From NCBI GenBank assembly GCA_963783305.1, contig CAWAMW010000017.1, forward strand, positions 128,001 to 192,000: a stretch of DNA of 64,000 nt. The letters run 5' to 3'. Of this stretch, positions 19,962 to 30,700 are shown one piece after another; the first letter of the stretch is position 1; every line of letters starts with the position of its first letter. Position numbers and translations under genes: made by a program. The notes under the pieces were generated by a model. The model ran no database searches and was not told where the DNA came from. It saw only the letters and a program-made list of their open reading frames with translations. Source of the DNA: an uncultured Gemmatimonadales bacterium. Lineage in GTDB: Bacteria > Gemmatimonadota > Gemmatimonadetes > Longimicrobiales > RSA9.

Positions 19962-21748
19962 CGGATGCTCCGGGACCAGCCAAGCGTCATGGTGTACTCA
20001 TCGAACCCGCCGGACTCGGTCTGCAGCCCCGTCACGCGGTTGCTCCGCACGCTTACGTTCAGTCGATCGCCCGTCGTCAGATTGTAGCGGCCGCTGAGCG
20101 AGGCCCGTATGGCGCCCCCCGCGTGCACTCTCGAGTTGGAGAGTGCGGCGCCGGCGGACCAGCGCCCGCCGGTACCCCGGAAGTTCGCTGAGACCGCGTA
20201 CGTATGGCGCAGCGCCCACTCGGCCTGCGGGAGGCTCGTCATGGAGACCCCAAGGCTGGGTGTTACGGACAGATTCGCCGCCGGGGCCAACGTGACCCGC
20301 ACATCGGCGTCGTGTGCTCGCAGTGCGCTCGCCGTGCGACCCGGGGCATCATCGCCGGACTGCTGGTAGGAATAGTTGAAGGAACCGGCCCTCCACATCC
20401 CTTCCCGCCCCAGCACCACCGTATGGGATGTCGCGAGCGTCCAGCTGGTGAAGTCCACGCGGTGTGCCACTGCGGCAGCATCGCTGCCGATCGTCATGAC
20501 GGACACCCGCAGTGAGGAGCGCAACGCAGGTACGGCGCGGAACGAGATTTGGCCGGCCAGCCGATCGCGCGCGGTCGTAGCCAGCTTCTGCCCGAGCAGG
20601 TTGTCGGTCTGGTGGAGCCCCTGGAGAGACGCTGACCACGTGGGATAACGTACGGCGACACGGGCGTTTACGGCACGCAGGTCGGCGGGTAGCGATGCCA
20701 GCCCCAGCGAGACATAGCCTGCCCCGATGTAGCGATACCCGATCGACCCGGTCAGCGTCCGCGGTGAGCGCGGGGTGGAGCCTGGCAGACCGATGCGGCG
20801 GAGGTCGAGCCGACCGGTGTAGGCGACGTCGCCATACGTGCTCGCCCGCGGCGTCACCATGGAGCGAAGCAGCCCCGAGTACTCGTCCAGCAGCTCTTCG
20901 CTCAGCTCCGGTGCACGGCGATCCCGGGAATGGACGCTGATCGCCGCCTCTCCGTGCCATAGCAGCCGACCCGCCCACACGGGCAGCTGGTTGACCGCGG
21001 ACAGCACCACGTTCTCCTGAGGAGTAACCGCGTACGGGTTCACGATCAGACCACCCTGGGCCTCCGGGACCGCTGGATCCAGACCCTGTCCATCCAGCGA
21101 CGACGGGTCATCAGCGACGCGCAGCACCACCAGATCCAGGTATCCCGATTGCTCGGAGTCAGAGCCGCGGCCCACGCCCACGCGCCCGCCCCACATGGCG
21201 CGGCGGTACGCCCCGTCCAGTGCGCCGCCGGCCACAGCTCTCTGTGTGCGCCCGCCAAAGGCCCCGAGTCGGAGCCAACCGGGGTTGATGCTCGCCCCCA
21301 GCCCCTGGACCCTGACGCCACTCCAGGTGAGATCGGAGTAGGAGTCCGTGAACGAGCCAAGATAGGCACGGCCCCAGCTCCATTGCGGCCGGATGCCTAA
21401 CCGGTTGAGCCGCTGCCGCTGGTCGGAGCCGATGAGGCCGAGGCCCGATCCGCTTTCCGTGGAATAGAGCAGGTCCAGCCCCACGGAGAAGGCGCCGAAC
21501 AGTTCGAGATTGGACCGGACGTACAGTCGGCCCAGCGACGACGGACGCCGCCGCTCGCGGCCGGAAACCGAGTACACCTCCCCGTACGAGCCGATTTCGC
21601 CCGTGTACTGGACCCCCGGAGGAATAGCGAGCCCGGGGATCTGAGCCGTCGCGCTCCCGGCGCCCCACGCGCAGCTCGCACCCGTGCAGACCACGGCGAG
21701 CACCCACCTACGGGTCAGTCGGGCTGATCGCTCCCTCGGGTCACTCAT
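19958..21748 (-). CDS. Putative outer-membrane beta-barrel protein of unknown function
   Basis: Signal peptide; alternating amphipathic strands throughout; terminal strand YTMTLGWSRSIR. Confidence 0.75.
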   Translation of the reverse strand: MSDPRERSARLTRRWVLAVVCTGASCAWGAGSATAQIPGLAIPPGVQYTGEIGSYGEVYSVSGRERRRPSSLGRLYVRSNLELFGAFSVGLDLLYSTESGSGLGLIGSDQRQRLNRLGIRPQWSWGRAYLGSFTDSYSDLTWSGVRVQGLGASINPGWLRLGAFGGRTQRAVAGGALDGAYRRAMWGGRVGVGRGSDSEQSGYLDLVVLRVADDPSSLDGQGLDPAVPEAQGGLIVNPYAVTPQENVVLSAVNQLPVWAGRLLWHGEAAISVHSRDRRAPELSEELLDEYSGLLRSMVTPRASTYGDVAYTGRLDLRRIGLPGSTPRSPRTLTGSIGYRYIGAGYVSLGLASLPADLRAVNARVAVRYPTWSASLQGLHQTDNLLGQKLATTARDRLAGQISFRAVPALRSSLRVSVMTIGSDAAAVAHRVDFTSWTLATSHTVVLGREGMWRAGSFNYSYQQSGDDAPGRTASALRAHDADVRVTLAPAANLSVTPSLGVSMTSLPQAEWALRHTYAVSANFRGTGGRWSAGAALSNSRVHAGGAIRASLSGRYNLTTGDRLNVSVRSNRVTGLQTESGGFDEYTMTLGWSRSIR

Positions 21749-24123
21749 GCGCCCTCCATGAGCGCGCGCAGCATCTGCGCGGCGCCCTCACCCGGGTTGC
21801 TGAAGTCCATGGTCTCGCTGATCTCGAACGGCTCGCCCACGAACCGACCGACCAGGTCCCACCGCAGCGCCTCGCCGTTCACGGCGGACTGGAGTCCGCC
21901 GCGGAATTCTGCCCGGTCGATCACCAGCAGCTGCTCACCACGTTCCAGCGCCTGGTTGATGGCCGCGAACTGCGCCTCCATCTGGTCCAGCCGGGCCTGC
22001 GTCGCCATCAGTTGCGCCCGCAGCTCCTTCAGCGCCTCATCGACCGTCATGAAGGCGATGTTCTGGTCCACCGGGGGGATGGCCGCGAGCAGCCGCTGGT
22101 TCGCCGCCACCACGGCGACCGCCGCCTGGTAGCGGATCGCCTGCAGCCGGTACTGGGCGTGAGCGCTCCGGTACTGCGCCAGTCGCTGTGCCTTCCGCCA
22201 AGCCGGGAATCGCGGCGTCGCGTTGTACGCTCTCAGCCGGGCGTAGCGGGTCCTCCAGGCGATGGTCATCTGCGACCTCTGTGCACCTGCCCGGGCCTCG
22301 GCCGCGGAGAGGGAATTCACTGCAAGCCGACGCTGGGCCTCCAGCACCCGACGCAGTTCATCCACGGTCGCCTGCCCATTGGCCACGGCCTCGCTGGCCG
22401 CCTGATTCGCCGCCGCCGTAGCCGCCACAACATCCGCGCCCTGCTCCGCAAACAGGAGGATCGCATCCTGAGCCATGGGGCCGAACGCGTTGCCGAAGTC
22501 GGCACGGGCAATGGCGTGCAGCTGGAAGTCGGGACTGCGGAGGTCGAATACGGAGGAGGCCGTGATGTCCGCTGTGAACATGTCGAACATGTTCGTCTCG
22601 CTTCGGAAGGAGAACTCCTCCCGCGTCAGGCTCAGGTCCACGAGCTGGCTCGCACCGAACAGCTCGACGGCACCCGACACCATGAGATGCTGCTCCTCTC
22701 GCGTCGCGGCCAGGTCCAGCACGGCGTCCTGCCAGACGAGCGGTCCAAGCTCGAACGCGCCCAGCTGACCCTGCGCCAGGATCCCATCATCGCTCACGCT
22801 GACATCGACACCGGCGAACTCGGCCAACTCGCCGTCGGCTGACAGCGGCAGCCAGAGCATCCCCGCGACCCGGAACCCACGCTCCACGCCCAGCTCCGGC
22901 GCATCCTTGGGGGCGAACTTCAGCGCCACGCCGCGCAGGTCCATGTCGGGCAGCGCGTCCACAGGGATCCCTGGCGCAGGCTGCGTCCCCAGCGCCCCGG
23001 CGGCGGCATCCCGCGCGGCGGCCATCCCGCGCTGGACCTCCACCAGGTCGGAGAAGCCGAACCCTGCCTCGCTCTCACCGCTGATCAGGAAGCTGGTCGG
23101 AACGCCGGCGGGGCTGATGGCCATGGCCACGGCCACATCGATATCCTTCTCGCCGACCACCATGTTGGCCGCGAACCCCGGCTGGATGCTCCCTGCCGGA
23201 GTGATCCCTACCGCGAGCACTACGTTGTTCAGGATTAGCCACGGAATGCCCAGCGGCTGGTGCCACCCTTCTTCCGCCATGAGTCCGCCCGCCAGTGACA
23301 TGCCCGATTGGGCCACGCTCGCGGCGACGAAGAAGACGAGTACATCCTCCTGGATCGCCACCGTCATCTCACCCACCAGCCGGACCGACGGATCGCCGGT
23401 CAGTTCCAGCGCGAGCTGACCGCCACGGAACCACTCGGGCGAGCCGGGCGGCCGCATGGGTGGCAACTCCGCGCGCAGGTACAGGTCCCGGATCGCATCG
23501 GCGCCTCCACCCCCATTCAGGATACCGAGAGTGCGGCCGAGCCCGCCCTGGATCAGGATGACGCCCTTCTCGATCCCGAGGGCATCCATGACCACCGCCA
23601 ACGGATGATCCGCGCCGAGATCCTCCGCCGGGATCGCCGCGATCAGGTTCACCCCAGGCCGAAGGGTGAGGCGGAACTCGTCCGACGCGTAGATCGCCCG
23701 GTAAAAAGCGTTCTCTTGCTCGGACAGCTGCGAGGAGAGTTCGTCGCGATCCGCGCTGGCGAGCACGAGCCCCACATTGGAGAAGGCGATCCCGTCCAGG
23801 ATCGGCCCGGAGAGGGCCGGGATGTTCTCCGTCAGCGACCAGGCTTCCGGCTTGATGCCGAGGGTGAGGCCATCGCGCACACCGCGGCTCGGATCGACGG
23901 CGAGCAGGACATGAGCCTGGGCGTTGCCAAGCACGCTCATCCCCGTCCCCACGATGGCACCTCCGGCGCTCGCGCTGATGACGAGGTCCTCCAGATCGAG
24001 GAGGCCAGGCGGGATCTCCAGCTCGGTCAGGTCGAATGCGTCTCCGCCCTGGGCGGCCGCCTGACCCGGGACGCACAGGAGCACCATGCCGAGCGCGAGC
24101 GCTCCCCACAGGCGGGAACTCAT
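21745..24123 (-). CDS. Secreted hypothetical protein: beta-rich N-terminal region and Ala/Gln/Arg-rich coiled-coil C-terminal region
   Basis: 792-aa ORF with signal peptide, 4-bp overlaps with both neighbours. Confidence 0.8.
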   Translation of the reverse strand: MSSRLWGALALGMVLLCVPGQAAAQGGDAFDLTELEIPPGLLDLEDLVISASAGGAIVGTGMSVLGNAQAHVLLAVDPSRGVRDGLTLGIKPEAWSLTENIPALSGPILDGIAFSNVGLVLASADRDELSSQLSEQENAFYRAIYASDEFRLTLRPGVNLIAAIPAEDLGADHPLAVVMDALGIEKGVILIQGGLGRTLGILNGGGGADAIRDLYLRAELPPMRPPGSPEWFRGGQLALELTGDPSVRLVGEMTVAIQEDVLVFFVAASVAQSGMSLAGGLMAEEGWHQPLGIPWLILNNVVLAVGITPAGSIQPGFAANMVVGEKDIDVAVAMAISPAGVPTSFLISGESEAGFGFSDLVEVQRGMAAARDAAAGALGTQPAPGIPVDALPDMDLRGVALKFAPKDAPELGVERGFRVAGMLWLPLSADGELAEFAGVDVSVSDDGILAQGQLGAFELGPLVWQDAVLDLAATREEQHLMVSGAVELFGASQLVDLSLTREEFSFRSETNMFDMFTADITASSVFDLRSPDFQLHAIARADFGNAFGPMAQDAILLFAEQGADVVAATAAANQAASEAVANGQATVDELRRVLEAQRRLAVNSLSAAEARAGAQRSQMTIAWRTRYARLRAYNATPRFPAWRKAQRLAQYRSAHAQYRLQAIRYQAAVAVVAANQRLLAAIPPVDQNIAFMTVDEALKELRAQLMATQARLDQMEAQFAAINQALERGEQLLVIDRAEFRGGLQSAVNGEALRWDLVGRFVGEPFEISETMDFSNPGEGAAQMLRALMEGA

Positions 24124-26546
24124 GGGTTTACCCGCCTCACCGCGGACCGAACGAGCCCGAGCATGTCGCTGAGACTCATGTTCCCCAAGGCCAGTTCCAC
24201 CTTCCAGTGAAGCGAGCGCCCGGCCGCCTCCTTCGGTTCGGACGGATTGTCCGCGTCCTTGGCCCCGTACATCTCCCAGGAGACCAGTGCGTTTCGCTCC
24301 AGATCCAACTGTTTCCCGAGGCTCTCCGCTTCCGCGGTCGCTCCCCGTTCCAGCGCGGTCTTCTGCTGGGATTCGAGCCGGTCGATATTCGCCTGTATGC
24401 TGTCGCCCCTGGATCGAACCCCCTTCGCCTTTTCACCGCCCGGACCATCCTTGGGCCAAGAGAGTTCGAGGGTCCCCTTCCCCAAGTCGAGGTGATCGGC
24501 CGAGCCGACCTGCCCAGTGACCTTTACCTTGACTCCATCGAGCCCCTTGAACGGACGCGCGAGCTCGATCTCGACCTCCGTCTCTGGGCTGTTGAAGATG
24601 ACCGGTGCGAAACGGTCGAGCTGACGGTCGGACTCCAGCTTGATCACCGCGCTCAGGCCGTCACCGCTGACGAGCGTCGAGGTCGAGTCCCCGCTCTTGT
24701 ACAGCTGCTTCTTGAAGCGGAGGGTGGCGGTGTGCTCGACTGCGCTGCCATCCGGATTGAGACCACCGAGCCAGGTGTCCTGCGCGAATCGCAGGGCCAG
24801 GGAGAACCCCAGGCCGCCCTCCACCTCGAGGCCCGGCGCCCACGATCCGTCGGCGCCGTGCCAATCGCTGAGGTTTCCCTTCGCCTTCACATCCAGCTTG
24901 ACCGCGACCTGGGTGGAGTCGATCCATTCCCCGAGGAGCATCGGCAGCCGCCTGGGCAGCGTGGCCTTCAGCGAGAGAATCGTGGCTTCGACCTCCGCCG
25001 TTGCCCCGGTGTCGAATCGAGAATCCTTCAGGCTATCGCGCGCTCCCTGGCCGATATGACCCCCGACGCTGAACTCGAGCCCCGCGCCGACGAAGCCCTG
25101 GAGCGCGACATACGGGTCGTCGTGGCCGAACATCTCCAGGACCGTCCCGGCCGGGCCGCTCCCCAGCTCCAGCTCGGCGTACAGGTTGACGCCCGGGAGC
25201 ACCTCGATCTCCTTGTAGCCAAGGAATTCCCGCGGAGCCTCGAATGTGTCCGGCAGATCCCCGACGGTGGTGGCGTCCAGCGCCAGGATCAGGACCCCGA
25301 ATCGCCAGTTCGCGTCGGCGGCCGACAGCGCATTGGGCTCCTCCCCGGCGTCCCCAGTGCCATCGAGCGTGAGACCGAGCTCTTCGAAACTTCCCGCCCG
25401 TCGTGCTATCCACCGGAGCCCACCGGGTCCAACCCCCTCTCCACATTGACCGTAGAGCAGGTAACTGGCACTCGCACCCTGCCCCGCGGTCATCAGCGCC
25501 CAGGAATGCGTCGTAAGGTCCCGGTAGAGCATCCCCTCAGACTGGGATTCCTCGGAACTGAACGCGGCGACCACATTCAGTGGAACCCGGATCGAGGACG
25601 CCGGCGTGGTATCCCAGAGTAGACAGATCGCCCGCAGTGAACCGCCCTCGTCACCCACTGCAGCACCGAGCTCGGATCCCGGGGCCATGGTGACCGTCAT
25701 GCCGCTGGTCGTCACCGGTGTCTGAACCGGATCCTCCATGGCGAACGTCCAGATCTCGCTCAGCCCCTCGTTCGCCAATGCCGTGTAGCCGTTCTGATCC
25801 AGCGCCCGGACCGACCACGCATACGTCTTCCCCGGCTCCAGCGGGCGCGCGCCAATCGGGTAGCGCAGCGCCGTGCCAAACGCATCGTGCTCTTCGTGGA
25901 CCGGAATATTGGAGGCCAGCGCCTCTCCCGGCAGCTGACCCGGCAGCAGCTCGACGATCCGGACCGAATACGACAGCTGATAATCGATCGGGACCCGGAC
26001 CGGCGCCCACTGGAACAGTGGCGCCTCGTCGGTAAACGCCATGCCGTTCTCTGGCGCCAGAAGCAGGGGAGGATCCGGGTACGCGATGAAGAAGTCCGCG
26101 CACGCCTCGGCCAGGACGAATCCGCTCAGCTCCACCGCGGCTGCACACGCCGTATAGTCACCTTCCGGCAACCGTCCGGTTCGCGCCGCGATCCGCTCGA
26201 GCGCCGCGTCGTGCGTACCGGTTCCGGCGAGTTCGTACGGCGAATCATATATAACGACCGCCCCGGCCGCGATCGTCTCCGGCTCCCCCGTGCCCCGCGC
26301 CAGCACCCGATTCATGCCATCCGTGATCGTAAAGAATATCCTCACGTCCTCCGGGCTAGCCGTGTGGTTCATTACGGTGAGGGAGCCAATGTCGGGATTG
26401 GCGTTCCAGTCGCTGTAGTATGGAGAGGGGAAGGGGTCGACATTGAGCATTACGTCCCAGGTCCCCTGGGCGCGGGTGGTGGACGGCAGCGAGCCGAGCG
26501 CGAGCACGGCCAGAATCGCGAGCAGCCCATTCTCGGGGCGCCTCAT
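24120..26546 (-). CDS. Secreted protein with TANFOR-like/FN3-like N-terminal region
   Basis: ATG at 26546 with signal peptide; PSPYYSDW, GRLPEGDYTAC, DPPLLLAP, FQWAP, LEPGKTYAWSVRA, EGLSEIWTF. Confidence 0.75.
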   Translation of the reverse strand: MRRPENGLLAILAVLALGSLPSTTRAQGTWDVMLNVDPFPSPYYSDWNANPDIGSLTVMNHTASPEDVRIFFTITDGMNRVLARGTGEPETIAAGAVVIYDSPYELAGTGTHDAALERIAARTGRLPEGDYTACAAAVELSGFVLAEACADFFIAYPDPPLLLAPENGMAFTDEAPLFQWAPVRVPIDYQLSYSVRIVELLPGQLPGEALASNIPVHEEHDAFGTALRYPIGARPLEPGKTYAWSVRALDQNGYTALANEGLSEIWTFAMEDPVQTPVTTSGMTVTMAPGSELGAAVGDEGGSLRAICLLWDTTPASSIRVPLNVVAAFSSEESQSEGMLYRDLTTHSWALMTAGQGASASYLLYGQCGEGVGPGGLRWIARRAGSFEELGLTLDGTGDAGEEPNALSAADANWRFGVLILALDATTVGDLPDTFEAPREFLGYKEIEVLPGVNLYAELELGSGPAGTVLEMFGHDDPYVALQGFVGAGLEFSVGGHIGQGARDSLKDSRFDTGATAEVEATILSLKATLPRRLPMLLGEWIDSTQVAVKLDVKAKGNLSDWHGADGSWAPGLEVEGGLGFSLALRFAQDTWLGGLNPDGSAVEHTATLRFKKQLYKSGDSTSTLVSGDGLSAVIKLESDRQLDRFAPVIFNSPETEVEIELARPFKGLDGVKVKVTGQVGSADHLDLGKGTLELSWPKDGPGGEKAKGVRSRGDSIQANIDRLESQQKTALERGATAEAESLGKQLDLERNALVSWEMYGAKDADNPSEPKEAAGRSLHWKVELALGNMSLSDMLGLVRSAVRRVNP

Positions 26547-26547
26547 C

Positions 26548-26982
26548 TCAGCGTCCCTCGGCAGGGGAATCCGGGGAGAGCGGAAGACCGGGTTGGAGTG
26601 GCGTGGAGGCGAGCAGGGTCGGCAGGTCCAGCAGATTCTCCTTGAGGACGAACCCCTTGGCACCGGCCTCCTCGGCCGCACGGCGGTACGGGTCCGACCC
26701 GTGCGCCGTGACGATGATGACGTGCGCGCCTGGATCCACCTGGCAGATCGCGCGCGTCGCGGCGATCCCGTCCAGTCCGCCCAGCTCGATGTCCATGAGG
26801 ACGCAGTCGGGACGGATGGCGGCATACGCGGCCACCGCTTTCTGCCCGTCCTCGCATTCGTGGATCATCGGGGCAACATCCTCCAGGAGGCTTCGAATCA
26901 GCGCCCGCATCGCCACGTTGTCCTCGACCAGCAGAACCACGGGCTTGCGATGGTGCGCCTCGTCGGCGGGCCTGTTGAGCAT
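26548..26982 (-). CDS. Single-domain response regulator (receiver only)
   Basis: LLVEDN, PDCVLMDIEL, IIVTAH, GFVLK. Confidence 0.9.
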   Translation of the reverse strand: MLNRPADEAHHRKPVVLLVEDNVAMRALIRSLLEDVAPMIHECEDGQKAVAAYAAIRPDCVLMDIELGGLDGIAATRAICQVDPGAHVIIVTAHGSDPYRRAAEEAGAKGFVLKENLLDLPTLLASTPLQPGLPLSPDSPAEGR

Positions 26983-27071
26983 CGGTTCTGCCTCAGGCGC
27001 TGGCTGCGCCGACGAGGAGCTGGGGCGTAGGGGTCTGCTCTTCGATGATAGGGAGCCGCGGGGCCGCCGGA

Positions 27072-27135
27072 ATCGGCAGTGACCCCCACGAAAGATGGGG
27101 GCTACCCCCTATGGAAGGTCGGGGTAGCCCCCTAT
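27072..27135. promoter_or_regulatory. Three 18-bp imperfect palindromes at 23-bp period, putative NarL-family operator
   Basis: ATCGGCAGTGACCCCCAC (27072), ATGGGGGCTACCCCCTAT (27095), GTCGGGGTAGCCCCCTAT (27118). Confidence 0.6.
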
Positions 27136-27782
27136 TCGAGCAGCGCCTTGTGCTCCAGAGCGAACCGGAGCAGCCGCTGCGGTCCCGTGAGGCCGAGCTT
27201 CCGCGAGATGTGAGACCGATGATGTTCGATGGTCTTGACGCTGTTGCCGAGGGATCGAGCGATCTGCGCGCTCGTGAGGCCCTGCGCGATGAGCTTCAGC
27301 ACGGCCTCCTCGGAGGGGGTCAGGTCGCCCAGTGCCATCACCTGGGAGGTCGCCATGTCCGCGTTCCGCTCGAGCAGGTCACCGGACATTGCCGGACTTA
27401 TGTACGGCCTTCCCGAGGCGACCATGTGCAGACATGCCACGATCTCGGCCACCGCGCTATCCTTCAGCACATATCCTTTCGTGCCCAGATCGAGCGCACG
27501 TCGGAAGATCCCCGGATCGCGGTGGAGGGTGAGGATGACCACTTTGGATCCCAGTTCCTCGTCACGAATCGCCTCTGCCACTTCCAGCCCGCTCCTCTTC
27601 GGCATCTCGAGGTCCAGAACGGCGATGTCCGGGCGGTGGAGACGCACGAGCTCGAGCGCGCTATCGCCCTCGCCCGCCGCTCCAACGATGTTGAAGGTGC
27701 CCTCGGGCTCGATGACCTCGGCTAGCCCCCTGCGAAAGAGGGGGTGGTCGTCCGCGGTCACGATAGTGGTGAGCCTCGTCAT
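27132..27782 (-). CDS. NarL/FixJ family response regulator (REC plus LuxR HTH)
   Basis: ADDHPLFRRGL, PDIAVLDLEMP, LTPSE..VLKLIAQG, SVKTIEHHRSHISRKL. Confidence 0.95.
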   Translation of the reverse strand: MTRLTTIVTADDHPLFRRGLAEVIEPEGTFNIVGAAGEGDSALELVRLHRPDIAVLDLEMPKRSGLEVAEAIRDEELGSKVVILTLHRDPGIFRRALDLGTKGYVLKDSAVAEIVACLHMVASGRPYISPAMSGDLLERNADMATSQVMALGDLTPSEEAVLKLIAQGLTSAQIARSLGNSVKTIEHHRSHISRKLGLTGPQRLLRFALEHKALLE

Positions 27783-30700
27783 GTGCCGCTCATCGCCGAG
27801 GCGGGGACGGAGAGCTCGACCCTGGTGCCGCGACCGGGCGCGCTTCGTACACGGAGGGTCCCCCCCAGGATACGGGCGCGCTCCGCCATGCCGGACAGAC
27901 CGAAGCCCCCGTCGCCGTGGTGGTGCGCGGCACGCTCCGACCGGAACCCGCGGCCCCTGTCGCGCACCGCCAGGTGGATCTCTGCCCCGTCTTGCCAGAC
28001 GCGCAGGGAGGCGGTGCGGGCGCCCGAGTGGCGGACCACGTTGTTCAATGCCTCCTGCACGATTCGGTAGAGATTGATCTCGCTCTCTTCCGGCATGAGT
28101 CCGTCGATCTCCTCGATCCTGGTGTCGAGGTCGATCCCGGATGTCGCAGCGAGGGCCTCCGCCATCGCGTGCAGTGCCGAGGAGAGCCCCAGGTGTCGCA
28201 GCTGGTGCGGCGTGAGGTCATGGACCAGCTCACGGATGCTCTCGAGGGCGCCACTCACGACATCGCAGATATGGTCGATCTGCTGTCTGACCTCGGGCTC
28301 CATGCCGGCGGAGCGCAGGGCGAGGAGCGCGCGGTTCCGCACGATCATGAGGTCCTGGCCGAGGCCATCGTGGAGCTCGGCCGCCAGTCGCAGGCGCTCG
28401 TGCTCCTGGCTCTCGATGAGACGGCGGGAGAACTGATCGGTGGCCTCTCGCTCCCGGCGCGCGGCGCCATCGCGCCGACGGACGAACCCTGCCAGGAGCA
28501 GCATCAAGCCGAGCCCCCCCGTCAATCGAGCCCACTTCGAGCTCCAGAAAGGAGGCACGACTCGGAGCTCCGTGGAGCTGGGCTTGCCCCACACACCATC
28601 GCGGTTCGCCGCACGAACCGTAAAACGGTAGGCGCCGGCGGGCAGTCGCGGATAGTAGGCAACCCTCCGTCTGCCCGCCTCGACCCAGCCGGCGTCGAAA
28701 CCTTCCAGCCGATAGCGAAAGGTGACATGCTCGGGAGCGGAGAGACTGAGGCCGGCATAGCGGAACTCGACATTGGGCCGCCCCTCACCGCGCATGGCGA
28801 CCTCCTCCAGCGGCTGTGACTCCCCATCGATGGTCACGCCCTCGACCCTCGCGGACGGCGCAGCCTCGACGCGTCGGCTCCGGGCCGGATCCACGACCGC
28901 CACGCCTTCCACCGTCGGGAACCAGAGGTGCCCACGCGGGTCCTTCCACGCCGCCGGCTGGAAGCCGCCGTTGGTCTCCGGATTCCGCAGGCCGTCACCC
29001 CGGCCGTACAGGACCGAGTGGACCCGCTCCAGCCGCCCTCCCACGAAATCCACCAACTCTCTTCTGGCCACACGGTAGATGCCGCGGTTGCCGCTCAACC
29101 AGAAATACCCCGCGTCGTCTTCCACGATAGCCGAAATCACATCGTCCGCGAGACCGTCCCGCCGGGTGATGGCGCTGAATACGCCATCGCGGAAATGGTT
29201 GATCCCGCCCCCGTACGTACCGATCCAAAAAGTGCCCTCATCATCCTCATGGATCGCACGGACGTGGCTCACCGACAGGCCGTCGCGCGTCGTGTAGGTA
29301 GTGAGCTGTCCGTCCGCCAGCCTGCTCAGCCCCCCCAGGGTACCGATCCAGAGCGCACCATCTCGGCTTTCGTAGATGGCGCGAACGCCGTCGTGGGGCA
29401 GGCCATCGGTCGTGGTGTAGATATGGCGGACGCTCCCATCTCGCACCTCCGCCAGGCCTCCGGTGCGCGTCCCCACCCACAGGGTTCCGTCACGACTCGT
29501 CAGCAGCGCGAGCACCACGCTGTCCGCGAGCTCCAGCGGGAGTTGGACCCGGAGCTCGCCCGTCGTCGGTAATTCACTCACCCCGCCCCCGTAGGAACCC
29601 TGCACTACGGAACCCGTGGGTCCCCTCCCCAGACTGAATACACACGGGTCGCCGTCCGGATCGGCGCGACTCCGAGGGTTCAAGGTGCGGACGGTTCGGC
29701 GCGATGGATCGATCTCATTTACTCCGCCACAGTTCGTCGCCACCCACAGGGTCCCGGCCGCGTCCCCGAATATCGCTGTCACCACATCGTGAGACAGACC
29801 GTGGGCCCGGGTGTAGGTGGTGAAAAGGTTTCGGCGAGTCCTGAGGAGACCGTTGGCGTTCGTTCCGAGCCACAGGTTCCCGTCGCTATCCATGTGCGCG
29901 GCCCGGACCCGGAATTCCTGCCGGCCGTTCGGCAGCGCGTACCGCCGGACCGGGGGACCGCTGCCATCCGGGCTAATGAAGAACAGTCCGTCATTAATGG
30001 TGCCCACCCAGTACCCGGACTCCTGGTCCTCCACGATGACCGACGGATTTGCGGGACCTTTGAACCTGCGCACACCGGTGCCGGAAACCCGCGCGGCGCC
30101 CAGCCGCAGACCCATCCACCGGCTGCCGCCGCTATCTTCGAGGAGCAACCGGCTCTCACCCTCGATCGGCGACAACCACCAGTGCCGGGCCGCCGGATCC
30201 CCGCCGGGAAGGACGAGCACTCGCCCCCCGAACACGTTCACCCACAGCGTGCCATCCGCGCCCTCGACAATGGACTCAACGAGCCCGAGAGGAGTGCCAT
30301 CCACGGAATCGAAGCGGCCGAGCTTCCCGTCGGCGTACCAGTTCAGATCGCCTTTGTAGGTGCCGAACCAGAGGACCCCGCGGCGATCGGTGTGCAGCGT
30401 CTGGACCTCGCCGTGAGTCAACCCCTCCCCCGTGGCGTACGTCTCATATGCGCCGGCCGCGCTCCGTCGTAGCAGCCCGTTCTCCGTACCGATCCAGAGC
30501 CCGCCGTCCGGGGTGGTGGCCAGCGACAGGATCCGATCCACTACCGGCCGACCGGCTGAATCCGTCCGCTCCACGCGGGAGAACGCGCTGCCATCGAATC
30601 GGGCCAGGCCGCCGAATGTGCCGATCCAGAGGTATCCGTCCGGGGTCTGGACGATGGCATTGACGGAGTTCTGGGGGAGACCGTCCTCCGTGGTCCACTG

